Shown: positions 40,474 through 49,008 of the stretch, one piece after another | Numbering within the stretch: the first letter of the stretch is position 1 | How the letters are laid out: every line of letters begins with the position of its first letter | From: a bacterium | GTDB lineage: Bacteria; Patescibacteriota; Patescibacteriia; UBA9934; GWF2-40-263 | Direction of reading: 5' to 3' | DNA length: 64,000 nucleotides | NCBI GenBank assembly: GCA_021789915.1 | Contig: JAJYIV010000001.1 | Span: 375 to 64,374, forward strand | Notes under the pieces: model-generated | The model's database searches: none | Told to the model about the DNA's origin: nothing | What the model saw: only the letters and a program-made list of their open reading frames with translations | Position numbers and translations under genes: made by a program

Positions 40474-41139
40474 CTACGGAACATCATGGGATGCGTCAAA
40501 CGGCAAGAGAAGGATTTCGCGAACATTCGAGACGCGGAAATCCGCGGATGTTTTCTCTTCTCCCACGCGAATCGTTCTTAATCCAGCCGCCCGCGCGAGG
40601 ATGATATCGCTTTCCTCCTGGTCGCCGACGGAATAGACGTCACCGGGCGGACCCCCAAGCGCATCGACGACCTCGCGAAAAGCGCCAATGGACGGCTTGC
40701 GCACGTCCGGCTCGCCCGTGAAGAGCGCGTCGCGCACTAACTCGTACACGTTCAAGAAGCGCAAGGCGGCCTCGGCCCAGACGCGAGGTGCCTCGGTAAG
40801 CACGGCGGCACGTCCTCTGAGGGCGGACAAAACCATACGCGCGTCGTCGTTCGGCTCAATGTACGTTGCCGGCGGCACGTTCCAGGTTGCCGCGAAATAC
40901 CGTCCCCGGTCGACATTGAATTCTTTCTCCACTCCCAGACTCACGTGGCCGCGATAATCGCGCTTCAACCGATCATACGTTTCCTGAACTCGATCCGCAG
41001 GCACCCCCAGCTCGTCTTTCAAAAACGCCAAAATATTCCGTCTGATGTCGGCATAAAATGCCGAGATGGCGAAGGTCGGCCCGCCCTTATAGCGGTACAG
41101 CGTCCCATCCAGGTCGAAAATAAATTTTCGTTCGGACAT
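40474..41139 (-). CDS. HAD-superfamily hydrolase (pyrimidine 5'-nucleotidase-like)
   Basis: FDLDGTLY, RKPS, VGDQEESDI. Confidence 0.9.
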   Translation of the reverse strand: MSERKFIFDLDGTLYRYKGGPTFAISAFYADIRRNILAFLKDELGVPADRVQETYDRLKRDYRGHVSLGVEKEFNVDRGRYFAATWNVPPATYIEPNDDARMVLSALRGRAAVLTEAPRVWAEAALRFLNVYELVRDALFTGEPDVRKPSIGAFREVVDALGGPPGDVYSVGDQEESDIILARAAGLRTIRVGEEKTSADFRVSNVREILLLPFDASHDVP

Positions 41140-41160
41140 ACGAATGAAAAACGGATCGTG

Positions 41161-42081
41161 CTAGACGATCCGGCAGAGGGATGCTTCGAACCGCTCGCGC
41201 ATGAGATCGTGCAGCCATGCGCGTTCGATTGCCAAGCAGTAATCACAACGACAGGCAGCGTAGACGGAGTAGGCATGCGCGCGACACAGGTCGAACATGA
41301 ACTCGTTGAATGCGCCTTTCTCAACCAAGCCCGCGATGATGTCTTGGAATCTTTCCGCAAGAGCGAACGGGGGAAGACCCTTCCGCTTGCCCTCCAGTTC
41401 CTTCCGCTCGAGACTGACCAGGAAGGCAGCGGCATCGATGGCGGCGGAACCGAAGGCCGGCGGGCCGGCGGAAGCCCCGGGCATACGCGTACGAGGATCG
41501 ATGAGGCGCACGTCCCCGTTTGACCCGCACATCACGTTGGGAGCAGACAGGTCGCGATGGCACACCCCAGGGACGAATGCCGCTCGCCGATGACATATGT
41601 CCGCGTCTGGGATGAACGAGGATCCGGCCCTCATCGCATTGTGCGAAATGGCCTCGATGATCTCCTCGAGCGTCGCGTCTACGGACGACGAAAGCATGTC
41701 CGACGGAACACGCAGGGCTCCGAACCGCGCAAGGATCTCTCCCACACGTTCGACGACGGCCGATGGTTCGATGGCACAATAACGCGTGGGGTTCGCGAGT
41801 ACGGCCTCGAACGTGGAGTCGCCAAGGTACTCGAGCTCGGTCACGAAGGAACCGTCGACCTCACCCAAGTCGCGGAATCGCGGAAGACACAGGGCATGGG
41901 CAGGACCCAGCTGCTTCTCAAGCCAGCAGAGCAGCTCCGACTCGGAACGGTCTGGAGCGAACTTGAGAATGCCAGTGATTCTGAGCGTTGCGGAGGCACC
42001 GGTTTCACTCAACCGTTCCGTGCGCGCGAGCGCGAGGCCCGCCGTCTTGCGAATCGCATCAGGGGCAATTTCGTGAGGCAT
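41161..42081 (-). CDS. aminoglycoside/choline phosphotransferase-like kinase
   Basis: HRDLSAPNVM...RLIDP; C-terminal CRCDYC. Confidence 0.75.
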   Translation of the reverse strand: MPHEIAPDAIRKTAGLALARTERLSETGASATLRITGILKFAPDRSESELLCWLEKQLGPAHALCLPRFRDLGEVDGSFVTELEYLGDSTFEAVLANPTRYCAIEPSAVVERVGEILARFGALRVPSDMLSSSVDATLEEIIEAISHNAMRAGSSFIPDADICHRRAAFVPGVCHRDLSAPNVMCGSNGDVRLIDPRTRMPGASAGPPAFGSAAIDAAAFLVSLERKELEGKRKGLPPFALAERFQDIIAGLVEKGAFNEFMFDLCRAHAYSVYAACRCDYCLAIERAWLHDLMRERFEASLCRIV

Positions 42082-42098
42082 GCCAGGATTCTCCTCTC

Positions 42099-42139
42099 AA
42101 AAAGAGCCGGCTCCAACCTAACGGGATGCCGGCTCTTTG
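42099..42139. terminator. terminator-like hairpin
   Basis: AAAGAGCCGGC...GCCGGCTCTTT. Confidence 0.65.
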
Positions 42140-42148
42140 TCAACCAAC

Positions 42149-42685
42149 TTATGGTTGGCTTGCCTCGCGGATCACCATCTCAACGGCCTCCTCCGGGGTC
42201 GCGGCCGCAAGCACGGGGCGGCGCTTGCGGGCGTCGATGAATTCGCCGGCCAACTTTTCGGACCAACCGCCGACCCCCGTGAGGGCGACCATGGGGATGT
42301 TCGACTGATAGGCGATGGCGAGCTCCGTGAGCGTGCCGGAGCCGCCGGAAATCGCGATGATCGCGTCGCACGAGTTCACGAGCACGAATTCACGCCCGCC
42401 GCCGCGTTCAAGACCCGTCACGACAACGACATCGGTATTCCCTTCCTTGTCCCAAATGTCCTTGCCCTTGCCGTAGGTGACGCCGATCGTGAGGCCGCCT
42501 TTGCGTTTCGCCCCGCGCGCGGCGGCCGTCGACAGCGAATCATAATCCTTCTCGGCACCGTAGACGGTAACGGCACCCCGTTCGGCGAGCAGTTCGCCCA
42601 CGCGTTCGGCGAGTGACGCCACGCCGTCAGAATAGTTCAGGTCGGCGGCGGAACCCATGACTCCGATTTGAAGCTTGCGTTTCAT
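42149..42685 (-). CDS. SLOG/LOG-superfamily protein (TIGR00725-like)
   Basis: IGVMGS, AAARGAKRKGGLTIG, GGSGTLTELAIAY, GGWS. Confidence 0.88.
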   Translation of the reverse strand: MKRKLQIGVMGSAADLNYSDGVASLAERVGELLAERGAVTVYGAEKDYDSLSTAAARGAKRKGGLTIGVTYGKGKDIWDKEGNTDVVVVTGLERGGGREFVLVNSCDAIIAISGGSGTLTELAIAYQSNIPMVALTGVGGWSEKLAGEFIDARKRRPVLAAATPEEAVEMVIREASQP

Positions 42686-42690
42686 AGTGG

Positions 42691-44223
42691 TTATTTGAGA
42701 GGCCCCGCGGCATGCTCGACGGCCTCGAGCAAGGTATCAGGCACAAGTCGCATCAGCGCCTCGATGTCATAGTACAGGATTCGGTCTTTCTCGAGGAACG
42801 GGACATGCTGTCGAATGAGCCGATAGGCGGCGTCCGTGCCGCGACCGAGCGCGAGCGGTTTGCGGAAATCGGCGCCTTGGGCGGCGCAAAGCAGTTCGAT
42901 GGCCGCCACTTTTTTGGCATTGGATACGATCTCGGCGGCCTGGCGCGCGGCGATCGTCCCCATGCTCACGTGATCCTCCTGGTTCGCCGAGGTCGGGATC
43001 GAATCCACGGAGGCCGGATGCGCCAGCACCTTGTTTTCGGACACGAGGGCGGCGGCGACATATTGCGGGATCATGAAGCCGGAGGACAGCCCCGCCTGTT
43101 CCGACGGGACGAGAAACGCGGGCAAGCCCTCCGAGAGATGCGCATCGACCAGGCGCGCGACGCGGCGTTCCGAAATGTTCGCCAGTTCGCTCACGGCGAT
43201 TTTCAAGAAATCCATCGCCTGGGCGATCGGCTCGCCGTGGAATTGTCCGGCGCTGATGGCAATGTCGTCATCCGGAAACAGCAACGGGTTGTCTGTGACG
43301 GCGTTCAACTCGCGCTCAAGAACCGTCCGTACGTACGCGATGCCGTCGCGCGAGGCCCCGTGGACCTGCGGCGCGCAGCGCAGCGAATAGGCATCCTGCA
43401 CGCGGCCACAGCCGCGATGCGACTCGATGATCGCCGAGTCCGCGCATAACCGGCGCACGTTCTCCGCGACCTGCGCCTGACCTGGGTGCGGACGCAGGGC
43501 GTGCACGCGCGGATCGCAGGGAGCGACGGACCCCATCATGACCTCCAGCGACATGGCATACGCGACGTCAAAGACATTCGCCAACTGCGCCGCGTCGTGC
43601 GCGGCCAAGGCGCCGATCGCCGTTTGGACGGCCGTCCCGTTGTTCAACGCCAATCCTTCCTTCGATTGCAACACGACCGTGCCGAGGCCCTTCTCGCGCA
43701 AGACCTGCGCGGCGGGACGGCGGCGGCCCTCTACGATCACTTCGCCCTCGCCCATCAGCACCAGCATGATGTGCGACAAAGGGGCCAAGTCACCGGAAGA
43801 TCCGACGGAACCCTGCGAAGGAACGAATGGATAGATGTCGTAATTGAGCAAATCCACCAACCGGTCGGCGACGGCCGGACGCACGCCGGAATGTCCGCGC
43901 AGCAGGCCGTTGACGCGCAAGACGATGGCCGCGCGCACCGCCGCTTCCGGCAATGGCGCTCCCACGCCGGTCGCATGGGAACGGATGAGATTGGCTTGCA
44001 GCGTCTCCGTCTGATCCGGCGAAATGACGACGTTCTTGAACTGGCCGCACCCGGTCGTCACGCCGTAGACCACCTGTTTCTCGGCCACGAGACGATCCAC
44101 GAACGCGCGTGCTTTTTCCAAAGCGCCGCGGGCCGACGGATCAATGGAAACCCGTTCACGGCCGCGCGCCACGCGAACGACCTCCTCGATCGTCAGGCCA
44201 TTTCCCTTCAACATGATGGACAT
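42691..44223 (-). CDS. hutH: histidine ammonia-lyase-like MIO enzyme
   Basis: YGVTTG, LIRSHATGVG, GSVGSSGDLAPL, KEGLALNNG, QDAYSLRC.PQV.G, NQEDHVSM. Confidence 0.92.
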   Translation of the reverse strand: MSIMLKGNGLTIEEVVRVARGRERVSIDPSARGALEKARAFVDRLVAEKQVVYGVTTGCGQFKNVVISPDQTETLQANLIRSHATGVGAPLPEAAVRAAIVLRVNGLLRGHSGVRPAVADRLVDLLNYDIYPFVPSQGSVGSSGDLAPLSHIMLVLMGEGEVIVEGRRRPAAQVLREKGLGTVVLQSKEGLALNNGTAVQTAIGALAAHDAAQLANVFDVAYAMSLEVMMGSVAPCDPRVHALRPHPGQAQVAENVRRLCADSAIIESHRGCGRVQDAYSLRCAPQVHGASRDGIAYVRTVLERELNAVTDNPLLFPDDDIAISAGQFHGEPIAQAMDFLKIAVSELANISERRVARLVDAHLSEGLPAFLVPSEQAGLSSGFMIPQYVAAALVSENKVLAHPASVDSIPTSANQEDHVSMGTIAARQAAEIVSNAKKVAAIELLCAAQGADFRKPLALGRGTDAAYRLIRQHVPFLEKDRILYYDIEALMRLVPDTLLEAVEHAAGPLK

Positions 44224-44348
44224 ACGAAGGAATTCATGAGAATCTCGCTTCAACCTTCCACCCAACTATGGATGTCGTCAACCCAATCTCCCTTGACAAC
44301 GAGTTCCCTCTTCCGGAAGATGATCGCGGCCCTTTCCAGGAGGAAACC

Positions 44349-45749
44349 ATGAACAGCCAAAACGGCCTGATCAAGCCCGCCCTGCCGGGGGGATTCCAAG
44401 ACTTCGGTCCGCGCGAAATGCTCGCGCGCGAACGCATGCTGCGCGCCATCGAGCGGATCTACCGCTCCTTCGGCTTCGTGCCGTTGCAGACGTCCATCGG
44501 CCAGCGGCGCGAGGTGCTGACCGGCGGCAAGCCCGCCTCCATGCGGATGTGGGACCTGCGCGTGGATGCGTCGCGAGACACGACGGACGAGGCGCAGCGG
44601 GTAACCGCGCGCTTCGACCTCACCGTGCCGCTCGCGCGCTACGTCGCGGAGAACATGGGAAGCATCCGCTTCCCGTTCCGCCGCTTCGAGTCGGGCGACG
44701 TGTTCCGTGGTGAATCCCCGCAGAAGGGGCGTTACTGCGAATTCCGCCAGTTCGACGCCGACATCGTGGGGGCCCCGACGGGCCCGGCGGACGCGGAGAT
44801 CATGCTCTGCATGACCTCGGTGATGCGGGCGCTCGGCATCGAGCGCTTCCTCATCAAGGTCAACGACCGGAAGGTCCTGAACGGCTTCGCCGCCCGCGTG
44901 GGCTTCGAGCCGGGGAGCGACCAGGCGGCCGCCCTGCTGCGCGTCATGGACAAGGTCGACAAGATCGGCTTGGACGGCGTCTTGGCCGAGTTGGCGGGAA
45001 AGGCCGCATCTGATGAGGGTTCCTTCGCATTTGGCCCGGAGCAGCTGGAGGCCGTTCGCGGCTTCATGACGCTGACCGACGGCCTCGCTGACAACGCGCA
45101 GCGGCTGGCCAGGCTCAAGGGCTACTTCGCCGAAGGCGGCGTCGGCGCCGAGGGCGTGACCGAGCTCGAGACGATCGCGTCGCTGCTCTCGGCCGGCGGC
45201 ATGCCGTCCGACCGCTGGACGGTGGATCCGTCCATCGCGCGAGGACTCGGGTATTACACCGGTCCCGTGTTCGAGACCGTCCTGCTCGACGCGCCGAAAT
45301 TCGGTTCCGTCTACTCGGGCGGCCGCTTCGACGATCTCGTGGCCCGCTTCACGGGCATGTCGCTGCCGGCCGTGGGCGCCTCCGTCGGCGTGGACCGGCT
45401 CTTCGCCGCCCTGCAGGAGCTGAAGGCCGTCTCCGCCACCGAGCCGGACGTCGACGCCTTCATCATCCGTATGGACGAGGCGCTGATGCCGGAGTACTTC
45501 GCCCTGGCGGCCGAGCTGCGCGCCAACGGCCTCCGGGCCGAGATCGGCATGAGCCACCAGGACATGTCGACCAAGGCCCAGATGGCCACGGCCCTCGACC
45601 GGCGCGCCCCGTTCATCCTGTTCCTCGGCGGCAACGAGATCGCTGCCGGCACGGTGCAGGTGAAGGACACGGCCACGCGCCGGCAGACGCAAGTGCCGCG
45701 CACCGCCTTGGCGCAGGAGCTCTTGACGCGGCTGGACCGCACGGCCTAA
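44349..45749 (+). CDS. hisS: histidine-tRNA ligase (long-insertion, eukaryote/alphaproteobacterial-like type)
   Basis: RFDLTVPLARY, KGRYCEFRQFDADIVG, ARGLGYYTG, GGRFDDL, GVDRL; AGGAGG RBS. Confidence 0.95.
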   Translation: MNSQNGLIKPALPGGFQDFGPREMLARERMLRAIERIYRSFGFVPLQTSIGQRREVLTGGKPASMRMWDLRVDASRDTTDEAQRVTARFDLTVPLARYVAENMGSIRFPFRRFESGDVFRGESPQKGRYCEFRQFDADIVGAPTGPADAEIMLCMTSVMRALGIERFLIKVNDRKVLNGFAARVGFEPGSDQAAALLRVMDKVDKIGLDGVLAELAGKAASDEGSFAFGPEQLEAVRGFMTLTDGLADNAQRLARLKGYFAEGGVGAEGVTELETIASLLSAGGMPSDRWTVDPSIARGLGYYTGPVFETVLLDAPKFGSVYSGGRFDDLVARFTGMSLPAVGASVGVDRLFAALQELKAVSATEPDVDAFIIRMDEALMPEYFALAAELRANGLRAEIGMSHQDMSTKAQMATALDRRAPFILFLGGNEIAAGTVQVKDTATRRQTQVPRTALAQELLTRLDRTA

Positions 45750-45763
45750 GCTCGTTCCGCGGC

Positions 45764-45841
45764 GTGCCCGTAGCTCAGCTGGTTCAGAGCATCGGATTGT
45801 GACTCCGAGGGTCATGGGTTCGAACCCCATCGGGCACACCA
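45764..45841 (+). tRNA. tRNA-His(GUG), A73, no encoded G-1
   Basis: GTGCCCG/CGGGCAC acceptor, TCGGA-TTGTGAC-TCCGA anticodon arm, TTCGAAC T loop, ACCA end. Confidence 0.97.
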
Positions 45842-45866
45842 TCTTTTCCGCGGAAAGGAGGCCGCC

Positions 45867-46133
45867 ATGTACGTTCTGCTCACGGTGTGGGAGTCGCCGG
45901 ACGAAAAGGATGTCCACGTTTTGGACATCCCGAACGCCGTGGCGGCCGATCTGCGTCGCTACGCCGACGAAGGCGTTTGCACCGACAAGGACCTGGAGCG
46001 CGCGCTCCTCAACCTCCAGGCGCAGACGAAAGAGACCGACGCCAAGACGGCGCGTTCGGCCGCCGTCGGAACCTGGCTCCAGAGGCACGGACGCCGGACC
46101 GATCTTCCGACGTTTACCGCCGTCGAGTACTAA
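45867..46133 (+). CDS. small hypothetical protein
   Basis: AAGGAGG RBS; followed by a terminator hairpin. Confidence 0.65.
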   Translation: MYVLLTVWESPDEKDVHVLDIPNAVAADLRRYADEGVCTDKDLERALLNLQAQTKETDAKTARSAAVGTWLQRHGRRTDLPTFTAVEY

Positions 46134-46176
46134 ACCCGCCGTTCCCTTCTCGGGATCCGGCGGGTGTTTTTCTTTT
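46134..46176 (+). terminator. intrinsic terminator
   Basis: ACCCGCCG...CGGCGGGT followed by T-run. Confidence 0.65.
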
Positions 46177-46205
46177 CCGCGCCGCCCTATACACTTACCG
46201 TGCGT

Positions 46206-47012
46206 ATGAAAATCACGGATCTGACAAAACTCAAGCCCAAGAAGCTCGTCGTCTTCGATCTGGACGGCACGCTCGCCCTTACCAAGGCCGTCATGGACCC
46301 CGAAATGGCTGATCTGATGAAACAGCTGCTCGGAAGGATGCGCGTCGCCGTGATCGGCGGCGGCAAGTACGGGCTCTTCAAGGAACAATTGCTCGGGCCG
46401 CTGAGGGGCGCGCCCACGGCGCTGCTCAAAAACCTGTCGCTCTTCCCCACCACCTCGACGCGCTTCTACCGCTACGACCGCGGCTGGAAAAAAGTGTACG
46501 CGCACGAGCTGCCCAAGGCCGACCGCGCCAAAATCAAGAAGGCGTTTTATCAGGTGTTCGACGAAGTCGGGTACCGGCAGCCGGAAAAAATCTACGGCCG
46601 ACTGATCGAGGACCGCGGGACGCAGGTTACGTGGTCGGCGCTCGGCCAGGACGTGGTCAAGACGCTCGGGAAAAAAGGCGTGGGACTCAAGGAGGAGTGG
46701 AAACGGAAATACACGCCGATGAAATTGAAGATCGCTAAGGCGCTGGCCAAGAAATTGCCGACGCTCGAAGTGCGCGCCGCCGGCCACACATCGGTGGACG
46801 TCACCAAGAAAGGCATCGACAAGGCCTACGGCATGAAGCAGATCGAGAAATACCTGCGCGCCGCGAGGAAGGACATCGTGTTCATCGGCGACGCGATATT
46901 CCCGGGCGGCAACGATTATGCAATCGTCAAAACCGGCGTGGATTATATCCCCGTCAACGGCCCGGAGGAGACCAAGCGGGCCATCCAATTTTTGTTGCAG
47001 CAAGCGGATTGA
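46206..47012 (+). CDS. HAD IIB hydrolase, eukaryotic-type phosphomannomutase-like
   Basis: FDLDGTL, IEDRGTQVT.SALGQ, TSVDVT..GIDKAYG, FIGD..FPGGNDY. Confidence 0.88.
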   Translation: MKITDLTKLKPKKLVVFDLDGTLALTKAVMDPEMADLMKQLLGRMRVAVIGGGKYGLFKEQLLGPLRGAPTALLKNLSLFPTTSTRFYRYDRGWKKVYAHELPKADRAKIKKAFYQVFDEVGYRQPEKIYGRLIEDRGTQVTWSALGQDVVKTLGKKGVGLKEEWKRKYTPMKLKIAKALAKKLPTLEVRAAGHTSVDVTKKGIDKAYGMKQIEKYLRAARKDIVFIGDAIFPGGNDYAIVKTGVDYIPVNGPEETKRAIQFLLQQAD

Positions 47013-47037
47013 CGGGAACGGACGGCTTTCGTAGGAT
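47009..47037 (+). promoter_or_regulatory. sigma70-like promoter for lemA
   Basis: TTGACG-17 bp-TAGGAT. Confidence 0.5.
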
Positions 47038-47075
47038 GAAGCCAACGCGTTAACGCCTTTGTTTTGCGAAAAAAT

Positions 47076-47630
47076 ATGTCCACCGGCATCTGGATCGTCG
47101 TCCTCATCCTGCTCATCGTCGTCATCTGGTTCATGTCCACGTACAACGGCCTGGTGAAGCTGCGCAACCTGGTCGAGGAGGGATGGTCGGACATCAACGT
47201 CCAGCTCAAGCGGCGCTACGACCTGATCCCGAACTTGGTGAACGCCGTGAAGGGGTATGCCGCCCACGAGTCCGGGGTGTTTGAGAAAGTGACGGAGGCG
47301 CGCGCCGCCGCCATGAACGCGACCGTCCCCGCCGATCGGGCGCAGGCCGAGAACCAGCTCTCGCAGACGCTCAAGTCGCTGTTCGCCGTGGCCGAGGCGT
47401 ATCCGCAGCTGCAGGCCGCGGGCAATTTCGCGGAGCTGCAGCAGGAACTGACGGACACGGAAAACAAGATCGAATCCTCGCGCCGCTTCTATAATGGCGC
47501 CGTGCGCGACTTCGACATCAAGCTCCAAGTTTTCCCCACCAATCTGATCGCCGGCACCTTCGGCTTTGCCAAGAAGGATTTCTTCCAGGCGCCGGATGAC
47601 GTCAACGCCGCGCCGGAGGTCAAGTTCTAG
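47076..47630 (+). CDS. lemA: LemA family protein
   Basis: YNGLV, VQLKRRYDLIPNLV, AEAYPQL, RRFYN, FPTNLIA. Confidence 0.96.
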   Translation: MSTGIWIVVLILLIVVIWFMSTYNGLVKLRNLVEEGWSDINVQLKRRYDLIPNLVNAVKGYAAHESGVFEKVTEARAAAMNATVPADRAQAENQLSQTLKSLFAVAEAYPQLQAAGNFAELQQELTDTENKIESSRRFYNGAVRDFDIKLQVFPTNLIAGTFGFAKKDFFQAPDDVNAAPEVKF

Positions 47631-47897
47631 GAGAATCGCTTGTAGAACGTAGAAGACGTAGAATCGCTCGGCCTTCGGCCTCGTTCGTAGAACGTAGAAG
47701 ACGTAGAATCGCTCGGCTGCGCCGGGCTCGTAGAGCGTAGAAATCGTAGGAATGTCTCGTCCGCGTCGTTTCTACGTTTTCTACGTCTTCTACGCTTTCT
47801 ACGTTGAAACGCCGTCCGAACCGCGTCGTTTCTCCGAGCGAGTCTGGCCCCAACCGTGACGAGCGATTCTCCGTTCTACGCTTTCTACGTTTCTACA
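47631..47897 (-). repeat. GTAGAA/TTCTAC modular repeat element, copy C
   Basis: near-identical reverse complement of copy D. Confidence 0.88.
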
Positions 47898-48930
47898 TCT
47901 TCTTCGGCGCGAGCAGGCGCTTCGCGTAGGCGTAGGCCTCGTTCGCTTCGTTGTACAACGAGCCGGAGGCGGACTTGATGAAGCGCACGTAGAACGTCAG
48001 CGCCTCCTCCGCCGACACGGTTTGGCCGAACACGCGCGCAAGACGCAGAGCCAGGCGGAACCTGCCCTTGTTCAACGCGCTTGGAACCGCCCACCTGGCC
48101 GCCGACGCGAGGACGGCGTCTGCTTGAGGATCATGGGCGGCCGCCCAGCGGAGCGTCTGCACAAGATCGTCGGCCACCACCCGCTTCAGCCGGAACACCT
48201 CCAGACGGAAGGCGACGTTGTCGGAATCGATCGGCACGTCGAGCTGCCGGGCCGTCCGCTCGATCGTTCGGAACGGAACGTCCATGCGCGAAACGACGAG
48301 CTGCCGCACGAACGCCCTCGACATGGGTTTGTGCGCAAGCGCGCGCATCAGGGAGCGCAACCGCGGGAACGAATGGTCGCGCATGAGCGCCTGCGACAGG
48401 AGGCGCCGCTTCTCCTCGTTCCACAGCGGATCGTTCAGCCGCGCGGCCATCCGCCGGGCGACGACGCCGTTGCCGACCCACACGGCCCGCCGGCGCAGGA
48501 AGCGCCGGCCGTCCTCGAGGCGCCCCGCCTTGCGAAAGGCCGCTTCCGCCGCGCGCACGTCCGCGTCGAACGGCGTCATCTTGCGCGCGACATTGCAGCC
48601 GTAGCGCCACCAGTCCGCCGGACGGAAGAAGCCGCGCGGTCGCGCCTTGACGCGCGCAAAGACGTCCACGCCGTGCGGCGCCTCGACGAGCAGGCGATGC
48701 AAGGGACGCAGATCCCCGTGCTGGGCCGCGATGGCTTCCGCCCAGACGACGGCATGGGAGCCGTGCAACGCGGTGGCGTTCAAGCGCGCGGCTTCCTTCA
48801 TGTGCCCGATTGGAAGCGGCGGAATGGCGGACGGCTCCGAGTACTCGAAGGTCAGCTCCCGCGTTCCCGTGCGAAGGGCCAGCGCCTCGAGCGCCGCCTC
48901 CGCGGCAACGGTCTGATCGCTTTTTTCCAT
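47893..48930 (-). CDS. hypothetical Arg/Ala-rich helical protein
   Basis: GGAGGAG RBS before MEKSDQT; long ORF. Confidence 0.65.
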   Translation of the reverse strand: MEKSDQTVAAEAALEALALRTGTRELTFEYSEPSAIPPLPIGHMKEAARLNATALHGSHAVVWAEAIAAQHGDLRPLHRLLVEAPHGVDVFARVKARPRGFFRPADWWRYGCNVARKMTPFDADVRAAEAAFRKAGRLEDGRRFLRRRAVWVGNGVVARRMAARLNDPLWNEEKRRLLSQALMRDHSFPRLRSLMRALAHKPMSRAFVRQLVVSRMDVPFRTIERTARQLDVPIDSDNVAFRLEVFRLKRVVADDLVQTLRWAAAHDPQADAVLASAARWAVPSALNKGRFRLALRLARVFGQTVSAEEALTFYVRFIKSASGSLYNEANEAYAYAKRLLAPKKM

Positions 48931-49008
48931 CGTCTCACTCCTCCGGCGCCTGATGGCGCCCATGGGCCCCGTGCCCGCGCGCGACTTAAGCACGCGCGGG
49001 GCGGCATG

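Noticed and set aside
40297-40581. Plus-strand 94 aa ORF inside the minus-strand cluster
   Set aside because: Overlaps the HAD gene end, no RBS or motif; coding status unsupported
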